Below are positions 13,100 through 24,402 of a stretch of 64,000 bases of DNA, in pieces. Source of the stretch: Octopus bimaculoides (Eukaryota); NCBI RefSeq assembly GCF_001194135.2, contig NC_068990.1, forward strand, positions 16,978,324 to 17,042,323. The letters are read 5' to 3'. A program made the translations under genes and the position numbers. Position 1 is the first letter of the stretch; each line of letters opens with the position of its first letter. Under the pieces are notes generated by a model that had not been told where the DNA came from, made no database searches, and was given only the letters and a program-made list of their open reading frames with translations.

Positions 13100-14028
13100 A
13101 GATCAATCAAGCACGGCAAAATATGTTTGTTCACTGGAGCCCCTAATTATTTTTAAACAGAAGGATCTTTCCTACTTTCACCACCAGTGAGGTAAGATGA
13201 AGGTACACAGAGAGGAGGGTTATTTCTGCAGGTTGCTTTGATGCGCTACATGTGTTCCTGTTTACCTTGCACCTGTAAGCAGAAATGATGTGAGAACCAG
13301 CAAGAAAGGATGTCATGTATTTCTGTTCCTGTCCACCCAGCACACATCACCAAGTTCCGACTGATTTGAAAAGCAAATATGTATATTTTCATCTGACAGT
13401 TATCATCACGATGTACCAATTCCTTTAGTGGCTGAATAAAAAATGGCAGTTAATTGCAACTTGTTTTCTTGTATATCTTTCAACTGTTTATACATGACTC
13501 ATTGGAACCAAGAAATTGTAATTATACCAGGGCCTGAGACACGTTAATCAACCCGCTAAACATGTAAAAACCACTCCTGTGAAGCACCATGTGAAGATGA
13601 TGTGTAAACTTATAGTTTATAAACAACTATAACTTACAAACAAAAAGAGAAAAAAAAAATGAATCAACGAATAATGCAAAATATACACAAAATATACATA
13701 AATGGATAAATAAAAAAATACTTTATGCTGAGAAATATAAGATATTTTTAATAAAATGTTTTTTAAAAATTATATATAAACAAGCTCAGTTTTGTTTAGC
13801 AAAAAGCAATTTCTATACTGTGTGTGAACGTGTGTGTGTGTGTGTGTTTAAACATATTTAGTTCTGCTGGATCTAGTTTCCGATCACATGTTCTCATTAT
13901 CAACAGATTTAACATCAATTAACTTTCCAAAACTACTCTGTCTTTACATATGTATAGTCTATATTATGTCAAGTACTGTGCCATTTACTTCACACTTTCT
14001 CAAAGTGTAATGATTATATGACAGTTTC

Positions 14029-14083
14029 TTATTTCTTAACACAGTTCTTTGCAAATTCTTTGAACTCTGCAAGGTCATTTGAG
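14029..14083 (-). CDS. Candidate terminal coding exon (...SNDLAEFKEFAKNCVKK*) of an unidentified gene
   Basis: Strong acceptor TTGTTTGCTTTCTGCTTCTCAACCTCTGCAG, then an open frame to TAA; U-rich sequence downstream on the minus strand; no homology recognised. Confidence 0.3.
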
Positions 14084-14339
14084 CTGCAGAGGTTGAGAAG
14101 CAGAAAGCAAACAAGTGCTACGTTGTATAGTCTACTTTCTTGAGTCACAGATGGTAGGACCGGTCTTCTGGTACCATCCAAAACAATTTTTAATTGTCCT
14201 ATTCGAAGTAGAAGCACTCATGTCACGATCCCTATCTAGTAATATTTGGTATTAATGGTGAAATTTACCTGGAACTTTGAAGCCGAGTTGAAAGGGAACT
14301 GTGTAGTGAAGAGTTGGTTTAATAACTTGTTTGCTAGTT

Positions 14340-14407
14340 AAGGCGGTGAGCTGGCAGAAACACTCTCCCGCAAAATATTGGGCCTTGTGCCTAGAGTAGA
14401 AAAGAAT
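14340..14407 (+). mobile_element. Family B mini-copy (head joined directly to tail)
   Basis: AAGGCGGTGAGCTGGCAGAAAC fused to CTCCCGCAAAATATTGGGCCTTGTGCCTAGAGTAGAAAAGAAT. Confidence 0.8.
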
Positions 14408-14413
14408 GTTTTA

Positions 14414-14629
14414 AAGGCGGCGAGCTGGCAGAAACGTCAGTAGGCCGGGCGAAATGTTAAGCAGTATTTCGTCTGTCTTTATGGTCTGAGATCAAATTCC
14501 GCCAAGGTCAACTTTGCCTTTCATCCTTTTGGGGTCGATAAATTAAGTACAGTTGATTACTGGGGTTGATCTAATTGACTGGCACCCTCCCCCAAAATTT
14601 CAGGCCTTGTGCTTAGAGTAGAAAAGAAT
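14414..14629 (+). mobile_element. Family B tRNA-SINE, full length
   Basis: Complete head (TGGCAGAAACG; GATCAAATTCC), body and AGAGTAGAAAAGAAT tail. Confidence 0.9.
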
Positions 14630-14715
14630 TTGCTTGTCAGTTAGGTATAATTCACTTAACCAGGTTTGAAGATAGTTGATCACTTTCTTAGCAGCAAGTG
14701 AATTCAGATAGCTCT

Positions 14716-15065
14716 AAGGGGTTCTCAATAATTTTTCATCTGTGGATCCCTTTGATTACTATTGTATCCTGGTGGACCCCAATAGCCAATTTGATGTTTA
14801 AAAACTAGTTTTATAGAAACTTTTTTCAAAATATCTATTTTGTTTTCCACACATTAACTTGTGTAGGTTGAACTATGTAAGATATTAGAGAAAGAAACCC
14901 AGCTGTTTCCTGCAATACATACCAATATATACATCTAAAGCAACATTTTTTCAGGGTCCCTTAAAATACTATTGTGGATACTCAATTTACTATTTTGTTA
15001 CATGGGCCCCCCAAAATTTTGTATGCACCCTCAGTGGTCATATGGATCCCGGGTGAGAACTAGTA
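14716..15065. mobile_element. hAT-type MITE, degraded
   Basis: Ends AAGGGGTTCTCAA / GGGTGAGAACTAGTA; same family as 32088 and 61367; no TSD recognised. Confidence 0.7.
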
Positions 15066-16082
15066 GATTAAAGAAATACTGAATGTTCAAGGGATAATAA
15101 TGCACTGGGTTAGGACCCTAATGCACTTCTCCATGCCCACAAGAGGATTTCAACACTGTATGCTTAAAGTTGTGTAAGGTTTAACCAAACTCGGCATGTT
15201 TATTTATACTGAGGTGGACTTAGTAAGTGTTAAATCTCTCATCTAACAGACACTGTGCAGTGCATTCCCAAAGTAACAACCACAAACCCTACAGGTTTTT
15301 ACCATTTTTGCTTATCATCCTCAAAAATCCAAACATTTAACGGTGAAAATATGAAAGATTATGAAGACCTTAATTAAATTATGAAGTCTATTAATTTCCA
15401 AAATAGAATTAGAGGTATAAATTAAATGGGAGACGTTTGAACTGGGAATCGAAACCGGTTCGCTGATGTTATTTGCAGAGTGTTTATTTGGGGCTTAATA
15501 GCTATAAATAAAAAAATATGGTTGTGCATAGGAATTTATCAATGTTGAACAATGTAGAAGCCAATGGGGTAAGCTTCAACGTAATCATTTGATTGACTAG
15601 AAATAGCTGCCAGATTTTCCCCAAATCACAGATTATTTACTGTCTTAAAATTTGTAGCTTCAAGCAGGAAAAGGAAGATGGAATGGCCGCGGCTGAAATA
15701 CACACACACACACACACACACACACACGAAAAAATACATTTCCTTTACACGCTAAGAAGTGGATAGGAGGGGGTGGTAGTGTACTTGATCTTTGAAGGTC
15801 ATTCACCCGTACATTAAACGGAACTAATTTTCTAATCAGTTTAGCGAGCGCACTGCTTTCTTAAATGAGTTGGCTTAGCCTGAGGGGTTAAATTCTTCAG
15901 TCGGTGCATGGAATCGACCGTAATTCAAAGAACTATTTGAACAAGATTCTCTAGTTGCGGTAAAACTGATTTGTTTTTAATTTGAAACCATAAGCAGTGA
16001 AATGTCTTTAAGAGTGACGGACGCTAAAATTAGAATTAATTCATAGCCTAAAATATATCAGTTGTGTGTGCGCATGCGCACA

Positions 16083-17008
16083 TGTCTGGCTGTATGGTTG
16101 AGAAGTTTGCTTCCTAACCATACGGTTTCAAGTTCAATCCCATTGCGCAGCACCTAGGACAAGTGTTTTCAACTATTGCACTGGGCCAACCAAGGTCTTG
16201 TAAATGGATTTGGTAGACAGAAAACCGAAAGAAGCCCATCGTATGAATTTGTGAGTATATGTGTGGATGCATGTATGTAAGTGAGTGCGTCGCTCTTTGC
16301 CTAGATATCATGTTATGGTGATAAACAAATGTTGTTCATTTCCAGTCTTCTACGAAAAACATGTCTAACAATAGAGAAATATTTATCGTGCTTGGAAACA
16401 GTTGAGGATTGTTGACAGGAATGCAGTTGGGGATCTTTTTTAAAACGGGGGCCACATTTTTTATTAACGAAACACTTTGAAACTTGGAACACTGGTAGAA
16501 TGTGTCATATAAAACATCTTTTTCTCTTAGTCTTCTTTAAAAAAAAGAAATCCCTAAGTTATTCCATGTTAAAGTTGTCGTATTTCTGTAATTTCAACCA
16601 ATCACTGACGTCCATTCAGCCGATATACATTAAGTGCCGACTACATAAACAAACGATTCTGAAACAATTCTATCGGTGATAGGGTTAGGGTTAGGGTAAN
16701 NNNNNNNNNAATTTAAAATGAAAAAAAGCAAATAAAACGAAGCTATGGCTTAATCAGCCAAAGGAGTAAATATAAACAGCTGAATACTTGTCAGTGATTG
16801 GTTGAAATTATCGAAATAAGACAATTTTTTACATGAAATAAATTCGAATACAAAAACATTTTTCTGTTCTATAACACAAAATAGATAAGTATACGAAATT
16901 TGAAAGTCTTTCGGTACCAAAAACACTACGTAAAACATTAATGAAAAATGTGGCCCCCGTTTTAAAAAAGATCCGCAGTTGGCTATAGAGAATCTGTCTC
17001 GAAACAAC
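16083..17008 (+). mobile_element. Family C SINE head + A' tail, interrupted by the MITE at 16431-16974
   Basis: TGGCTGTATGGTTG...AGTTCAATCCC head; GACAGGAATGCAGTTGG|CTATAGAGAATCTGTCTCG rejoins across the insertion. Confidence 0.75.
16431..16974. mobile_element. Non-autonomous DNA transposon (MULE- or Merlin-like) with central TTAGGG repeats
   Basis: 39-bp TIR GGATCTTTTTTAAAACGGGGGCCACATTTTT... (2 mismatches); perfect 8-bp TSD GCAGTTGG (16423-16430, 16975-16982); internal 20-bp perfect inverted repeat 16590-16609/16790-16809. Confidence 0.9.
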
Positions 17009-17480
17009 AATACATCTGTGAGTTACACCTAGTCACGAAGTAGTACAGTTAGTTGCTTCAAGTAGCGCCTGCACTGGTTAACAGACGAGAAGTGATTTTA
17101 AATCGTCGTCGAGGATGTTAAGAAAAAAACGGACGGGCTCCACAAGGTTTGTCTTGTCACGATCTTATCTGTTGGAGGAAAGTGGACGGGGTGGGGGGAC
17201 AGCCTCTTGTTCCATAAAAAGAAAAAGCAAAAAAAAAAATGCACCATTTAAAGACAAGTTTACGGAGTTGCACATCTACGAACTTCTGTGTTACTACACA
17301 CATACACACACACTCACACACTCCTCTCTCTGTTTTCTCTCTTAGATATGTACAGTCTTTGACAATTTGATAAACATGCTTATAGTATATTTCCTGAACA
17401 TACGCAAGCATACACACAAAAATAGTCGTGTACACGCAAACATACACACATAAGCAGGCGAATATACGCTGACACTCGCT

Positions 17481-17598
17481 GAGGTCGACTTAGCCTTTCA
17501 ACCTTTCGAGATCGAAAAATTAAGTACCAGTTGCGTATGAAGATCGATCTAATTGACCGGCCTCCTCCGCAAAAATTTCGGGCCTTGTGCCTAGAGAA
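17481..17598 (+). mobile_element. Family B SINE 3' half
   Basis: GAGGTCGACTTAGCCTTTCA...AAATTTCGGGCCTTGTGCCTAGAG. Confidence 0.85.
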
Positions 17599-18009
17599 GA
17601 AAAAAATATACGCTAACGCGCGCGCGCGCATNNNNNNNNNNNNNNNNNNNNNNNNNNNNNNNNNNNNNNNNNNNNNNNNNNNNNNNNNNNNNNNNNNNNN
17701 NNNNNNNNNNNNNNNNNNNNNNNNNNNNNNNNNNNNNNNNNNNNNNNNNNNNNNNNNNNNNNNNNNNNNNNNNNNNNNNNNNNNNNNNNNNNNNNNNNNN
17801 NNNNNNNNNNNNNNNNNNNNNNNNNNNNNNNNNNNNNNNNNNNNNNNNNNNNNNNNNNNNNNNNNNNNNNNNNNNNNNNNNNNNNNNNNNNNNNNNNNNN
17901 NNNNNNNNNNNNNNNNNNNNNNNNNNNNNNNNNNNNNNNNNNNNNNNNNNNNNNNNNNNNNNNNNNNNNNNNNNNNNNNNNNNNNNNNNNNNNNNNNNNN
18001 NNNNNNNNN

Positions 18010-18097
18010 GAAGAAGAAGAAGAAGAAGAAGAAGAAGAAGAAGAAGAAGAAGAAGAAGAAGAAGAAGAAGAAGAAGAAGAAGAAGAAGAAGAAGAAG
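18010..18097. repeat. (GAA)n microsatellite
   Basis: Direct reading, adjacent to N-gap. Confidence 0.95.
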
Positions 18098-18342
18098 GGG
18101 AATAAAAGAAACAAAGCCATTCTGCTCTAAAGACTGATTGCCAACACATTGTTGTTGAAAATGATATCAGTCAGATGAGTCTCTGATACTTTAATGGTTT
18201 TGGTAAGGAGAAATTTAGTGACGGATACAACAGGATTCTTAAAAACCTCTTGTTTCTCAGAAATTTGAAACACGCCCATACTTTAGATTCCAGAAATCAT
18301 TTTTCACCATCTCCGAAAGAAAAGCATGCCCCTTGTGTTACA

Positions 18343-18672
18343 AGTGGCACTCCGTCGGTTAACGACGACGAGGGTTGCAGTTGATCTGATCTGATCAACG
18401 TAACAGCTTGCTCGTGGAACTAACGTTCAAATGGCCGAGCGCTCCAAAAACAAGCGTACCCTTAACGTAGTTCTCAGGGAGATTCAGCGTGACACAGAAT
18501 GTGACAAGGCTGGCCCTTTGAAAAACAGGCACTACTCATTTTGCCAATTGAGTGGACTGAGAGTTACGTGAAACAAAGTGTCTTGCTCAAGGTCGCAAAA
18601 TGCCGTCGGGAATCGAACTCACAACCTCCCGATTGAGCCGAATACCCAAACCACTAAGCCACGCACTTTCAC
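18343..18672 (-). mobile_element. tRNA-derived SINE, head H1 + tail T1
   Basis: Minus strand GTGGCTTAGTGG, GAGTTCGATTCCC, CTTGAGCAAGACACTT, then GGGCCAGCCTTGTCAC...CTGAGAACTACGTTAAGGGTAC...CGACGGAGTGCCAC. Confidence 0.85.
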
Positions 18673-19354
18673 TGTCCCGTGTCTTGTATGGGTTATAAGG
18701 ACTTCTACTGGCCAAAATTTCATGAAAAGAACATAAAGAACTTCCTCATTGTGCCACGTTCACTGGCACCAAAATGTTATAGTACCTTGTAGTGATAAGT
18801 GTAGTATTTCTAATCACGAATCTCATTTCGTATATCAACGACTTATGTTTACCCATAAAATGGGATTGTTTTCATGATATCTTGAATATATGTGTGTTGT
18901 ATACACTGTTTATGCCACATATGTTGGTTACATGAGACTATATGATTAAAAAAAAAACCCTAACCCTAACCTTACCAAACTAAACCTACCTACCTATTTT
19001 ACACCCCTCTGTGGTCAGTATAGTACCAATCACCCCTCAAGGGTCCAGCATCAGTTCTTGCTATCACTGCCTCTTCCTCCTCTGCTGCTGCTTTTAGCAA
19101 CCCTTGAATATGTTAGTGTCGTTTAATTTCTGAACTGTTTCGCTGCCGTTTGTTTATGTAGTTTGATCTCTTTATCCATCTTTCTAGTAAGATAGATACA
19201 CGAGTAAAATTACTAATAGAGAAACGAAAATAAAACTTTGGAAGCAGCAACGCCACCATAGGTTACATGAAAACCATGAACATGTTTTCAAGGGAGATAA
19301 TCAGAGAAAGACTTCAAACAACGTAACATTGTAATATTTCATGCAAAGTAAATA

Positions 19355-19551
19355 TAACAAATGAAAAATCCTTTAAGAATCCATAAAAATTCCCGGATCA
19401 CTAACAAAATTTCATCATCTGTTCCTTGTGTCATTACCAACTTTTCCTACAAGTTTCATCGAATACCGTTCACAATTTTTTGAGTTATTTTGCACACAGA
19501 CGGACAAACCAACGCCGATAAAAACATAACCTCCTTCCTTGGCGGAGGTAA
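19355..19551 (+). mobile_element. Helentron-like non-autonomous element, 3' part
   Basis: Ends AAAACATAACCTCCTTCCTTGGCGGAGGTAA (terminal hairpin); body resembles 39338-39696. Confidence 0.7.
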
Positions 19552-20221
19552 CAAAACAATGTCATACATATTTATTCTGAATATCTTCCGGCAGATTCAA
19601 ACGTGAATATGCTAAGCGCTACTGTTTCGGCTTGTATGGATAGTTTTCTTCTCTAAGATAAAGCATCTCCGGTTATACAGTTGCGAGCCGATATTCGCAA
19701 AAGTGCTCACTGAGGATACAGCTTGGGTTTTAATCTCCATTTATCTGTTAAGGGTTATTATTGAAAAGAAAGAGATGGACATTTGAACTGCAACAGATCA
19801 CAGATGTATTACAAGAGTGCTTCTTCAGGTGTATGAGGGCGGAAGTTAAAAAGCTAATATTTAATGAGAATCAGAGATGTTAATTATGCTGGTTAATGAT
19901 AAATATTTTCATAAGATAATTGGTGAGTAATCTTTCACTGGTTACAGCTATTTAACTGTGGCCAATCTGGAGCACAGCCATTAAATACTACTCGATATTT
20001 CCAAACCATTGAGGAAGCCTCTGCACCAGGTTAGTAAAACCCGTTGCACGCGAACAGAATTTTGTAATTATATTGAAATTTGAAACTAAGTTTCTGGCGA
20101 AGTTCTTAAAAGTCATATGGGGGGAAAAGGTGTAAGATTTAAAACCAAAATAATAATTAAATACAAATTACATAACGATATGATTGTTACAGCTATAGAG
20201 TTTTACTACAAGTAGGTGAAA

Positions 20222-20495
20222 GACGACAGCTCCTGAGCATTGTGAAAAAAAACAAAAGCTCATCTATTATGGCCATATTCGAAGAAGCAGAGGTTTGGAA
20301 AACATTATCATGGAAGGAAGAGTAGAGGGCAGTAGATAAAAAGGCAGGCAAAAACCGCAATGAATGGACAATATCAAGTGCTGGTTGGACAAAAGTAGCG
20401 AGGCAGCTGAAGAACTCGCGTTTAATCAAGAAGAGTTCTGTTGTAGTGTTACCAATGTGCTGCAAGTGTACAATGCATAACGACAACGAACTATA
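20222..20495 (+). pseudogene. Decayed RTE-clade LINE ORF C-terminus
   Basis: LLSIVKK/KQKLIYYGHIRRSRGLENIIMEGRVEGSR*KGRQKPQ*MDNIKCW matches the RTE C-terminal pattern KLxYFGHxxR...LEKxIMxGKVEGxRxRGR...WxDxI. Confidence 0.85.
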
Positions 20496-21655
20496 TAAAG
20501 AGAACTGACGTATAGATATCCGCGGTAATATATCGGCGGTAATTAAGTGTTCCATAATAGATAGTTACAATCCAACACGCCATCGTGTAAATTCTTATTA
20601 ACTCCTACCGCATTATCTTCTCCTTGATATACATATCCCTTTAAATTAATTCAAATTAATTATGTATCTTAATAAGATAATTATGGAACTAATGATGTTT
20701 ATTGCTAATGAAACAGCTGTTGAGCATAATTATAAATTATTTGCGAAGTTTATGCTTTTTTTCCTTTTATTTTAAGTTACATAACTAAATTAAGAAAAAA
20801 ATAAAGATTTTTATTATTTTTTTCAGCACAGATGTGCCTCATAGGTTCTTCTGCATTTGAAGTTTGCCCCTCATTCTAAAAAGTTTCTTTCCACGCGGTC
20901 ACACTGCATGCTAGAAATGGTAACTCTGGACATATTAGCAACAGTCACTCGATATACTACAATCAGCTACCAAACCGTACTCATTCACTACCATCTTTGA
21001 ATGGCTGTCGTCACATTCATTCAATTTACTTTCATTTTTTTTGAAACACCTTCACTGCATGTTAACCTACGAGATTTATCTGCTTTTATTAAACGAAGAA
21101 ATATCCCATACACTGTGTTATTTAACTCCAGATCAGGCTTGACTACATAAACATATAATCAAAGGCGCGCCAGTCACGACTATTCCGTCATTGTCTCGAG
21201 CATTATTGTCGATGTCTACATTATTCAATATGTCCATCTCTTTAAAGACAGCAGTAATTATAATGAGCATTTCCTATACGTAGCGTTTTGGTCACCCAAA
21301 TGTTTTAGCTGTCCAGCATAACGCGCGTGCGTGTGGCTATGTATGTCTGCTGGACTAAAACAGCCATTTGCAGTTTTCAAACATTTAAAAAGAATTCTTA
21401 AATGTGGATAGAGCATGCCAAAATGGATAGAGTTAGTGGTATTTTGGGAGATGTACGTGGAAGAGACAGCGAGTAATGTAAGATGGGGGAGGTAGAAGAA
21501 GTAGAGGGGGTAGTAAGGATGTGTGGGAGGGGTTGAGGAGAGGGTGATCTCATAGGGGACTTATCGGAGGAAGAGGATGTTAATGTACAGATAAGGAATA
21601 GATTAAGGATGCCAGCAGAAACTGTCTAGTTGGCTTGGAATTCTACTTGGTGTAA

Positions 21656-21703
<48 letters not shown>

Positions 21704-22007
21704 AACACATGTATACATATGTGTAGACACACATATCGACACATGCATACGCACACACACAAACACACACACAAATATATATACGCCAAAACATGCAGAT
21801 ATACATACAAGCATATATATACACACACGCACCAGTACACATGTACATACGCATACACACATGCACACTTTATATGTAACCACCGCAAGGTAAAGATATG
21901 TGTATATGTAAACAAAACTCTGAGCAACATTTGGGATCAAAGATGGCGGTAAAAAGTTAAAAATAAAATTTTTAGTATATGTAAATATGTGTGTGCGCGC
22001 GCAGGTG

Positions 22008-22081
<74 letters not shown>

Positions 22082-22082
22082 T
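22008..22082. repeat. (GATA)n microsatellite
   Basis: Direct reading. Confidence 0.95.
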
Positions 22083-22236
22083 CCGAATTAGATAGTCAAC
22101 GGCAAAACATGAAATAGACTGTCAACTATTGTTTGGTAAAATACCTGTTCACAAGTTCCAACGTATTGAGTTCCACATCAGATGAAGTTTGCTCTCTATA
22201 TTTTACACATTTTAAAATTCTTGAGTTATCACACAC

Positions 22237-22249
<13 letters not shown>

Positions 22250-22279
<30 letters not shown>
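22250..22279. repeat. (CAG)10 after a (CA)n run
   Basis: Direct reading; source of the poly-Q and poly-A ORFs. Confidence 0.95.
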
Positions 22280-22281
<2 letters not shown>

Positions 22282-22322
22282 AAATTGTCTTGCTTGGAAA
22301 CAGATGAGTGTTGGCGACAGGA

Positions 22323-22518
22323 AGGGATTCTAAGAACCTCCGGTTCAGAGAACAAGGTGTTATCATTCCTTTTTTCTCCTCCTTTGTACGGCCACTCCTC
22401 GAATTCTGCTGCCCCCTGTGGTCTCCCCATACAAAACAAAACATTTCGAAAATTGAATCACCCCAGAGGTTATTCACAAAAAGAGGTAAGGGCATGAGTG
22501 ATCTCGATAATTGGGACC
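22323..22518 (+). pseudogene. CR1-clade LINE RT C-terminal fragment
   Basis: GILRT/FREQGVIIPFFSSFVRPLLEFCCPLWSPHTKQNISKIESPQRLFTKR; homologous to the 2111-2800 copy; runs into gap. Confidence 0.9.
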
Positions 22519-22820
22519 NNNNNNNNNNNNNNNNNNNNNNNNNNNNNNNNNNNNNNNNNNNNNNNNNNNNNNNNNNNNNNNNNNNNNNNNNNNNNNNNNN
22601 NNNNNNNNNNNNNNNNNNNNNNNNNNNNNNNNNNNNNNNNNNNNNNNNNNNNNNNNNNNNNNNNNNNNNNNNNNNNNNNNNNNNNNNNNNNNNNNNNNNN
22701 NNNNNNNNNNNNNNNNNNNNNNNNNNNNNNNNNNNNNNNNNNNNNNNNNNNNNNNNNNNNNNNNNNNNNNNNNNNNNNNNNNNNNNNNNNNNNNNNNNNN
22801 NNNNNNNNNNNNNNNNNNNN

Positions 22821-22879
<59 letters not shown>

Positions 22880-23199
22880 TGTTAGCTGCAACAACCATAA
22901 ACATTAGGCATTGAGTACTGTTTGAAACTTCTCCCTTGCATCTATTAACACTACACTACACATACGCACGTCTGTGAATGTATGCTCATTGTTTACGTGA
23001 TATATAGCATATGACACTCTTAATAATTCTTGACTCTTCAAATATTACGTAGGCTCTTGTGAGAAGAAGGCGGCAAAATTGAAAGATTGGACGAATTCCA
23101 AGGATTCTAATACTTAAACACCGTTATTCCTTGTAATGTAATTAAAATACCTTGCTATTGTTATTTTCTTATTAAGAATATGCTTTTCTATTATAGCTA

Positions 23200-23400
23200 C
23201 AAAACCTGAAATTTTGGAGGGAGAGGTATAGTCGATTACATCGACCCCAGTGCTCAACTAGTATTTACTTTATATCGCTCTGGAAAAGATGAAACGTATG
23301 TTGACGTCGGTGGAATTTGAGTTCAGAATGTGGGGAAAAAAAAAAAAAAAATCACAGGGCATTTTGCACAGCGCTCTAACAATTCTGTCAACCCACACAG
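23200..23400 (-). mobile_element. Family B SINE
   Basis: GTCGATTACATCGACCCCAGTGCTCAACT...GGAATTTGAGTTCAGAA...CTAACAATTCTGTCA. Confidence 0.8.
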
Positions 23401-24129
23401 TTAGTATCAAAGTTCGTCCACAAACACTAGATACGACAGGAAAGAAAAGTGGACAAGATTGCCTACTAGATTTGAACCATGTAGCCGTCGAATGCCGTTC
23501 AACTACGATAACCATCACAACCAAAGCAACTCGCCACTCTCTGCCATCTGTAAACACATCGCTGGACCAGCTACCGTTGTTTATATGCATTTATCACACA
23601 AACTTCTTTCGTTATTTTGATAGCATCTTAACCTCCAACGGAGAGGTCGTCTGGTTGTTGTCAACACAGCCTGGTTTCATACCAGATACCTCCATGCTGG
23701 CTGAAACTATCCCAGAATATAAACGTAATATAATATATACGGTTAAGATTTAAGTATATTCCCAATTACTTAAGTATTTGCCCTCCAGACGTGAACTTAA
23801 CTGTTCCGATTCAATCTGAGAGAGAAACGTAAAGTTATTTCGCTCCAGACGAGCTTCTGAAAGTAAAAACTTAATTCAGATGAGTTCACCTCAGGATTTA
23901 ATATTCAAATGATAAGCATATTTTAATTTCAGATATTTACATATATTGGCTGCACCACTGAGTAGTGATCTGCTTTCATCATCCAAAAGGCGTGTCTGCA
24001 TTAATTTTGAGGATGTATAGTCGAGAGTTATACAAAAAAATTACTGTGAATATGAAAGACCAGTAGAATCAGTGGTGGTTCTTGTATAGGCACTGCGGAA
24101 CTGCAGCACCCCCTATTTCCACTCGATAT

Positions 24130-24402
24130 TATCGATAACATTCAATATAATAAGCCCTTTTTTTCTTTAATTCTTTCTTTATACTTGTACATTATATAAT
24201 CCTTAAGTTTAATGTCAGTAGCCATCTCGTAGTTTATGAAAAAAATACAAAATTCCTTGTATAGAACTGTGCGCTTCATAGTTCCAGTGTCGCGGTGTTT
24301 GGCTGTTGTGTGCATGCTCACATGTCGGAGATAGGAAGCGTCACGCTTAGGAGAGAGAGCACTACGTGAACGACAGTGCCGACCCCGGTGTTCCGGTGAA
24401 AG
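24130..24402 (+). promoter_or_regulatory. Candidate promoter and non-coding first exon
   Basis: DRE-like TATCGATA 24130-24137; CpG-dense 24270-24430; donor AAG|GTAATG at 24402. Confidence 0.3.

Noticed and set aside
18958-18972. CCCTAACCCTAACC as a telomere or third MITE copy
   Set aside because: Only two units, and no TIR or homology to the 16431 element.
20193-20555. 120-aa minus-strand ORF
   Set aside because: Antisense to the RTE fragment.
21484-21545. G-quadruplex candidate
   Set aside because: Long irregular loops within a generic purine-rich tract.
21940-21949. YY1-like AAGATGGCGG (also AAAATGGCG near 45460 and 48346)
   Set aside because: Isolated motifs between microsatellites with no supporting promoter context.
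23289-23753. 154-aa plus-strand ORF
   Set aside because: Starts inside an antisense SINE and poly-A run; no recognisable domain in any frame.
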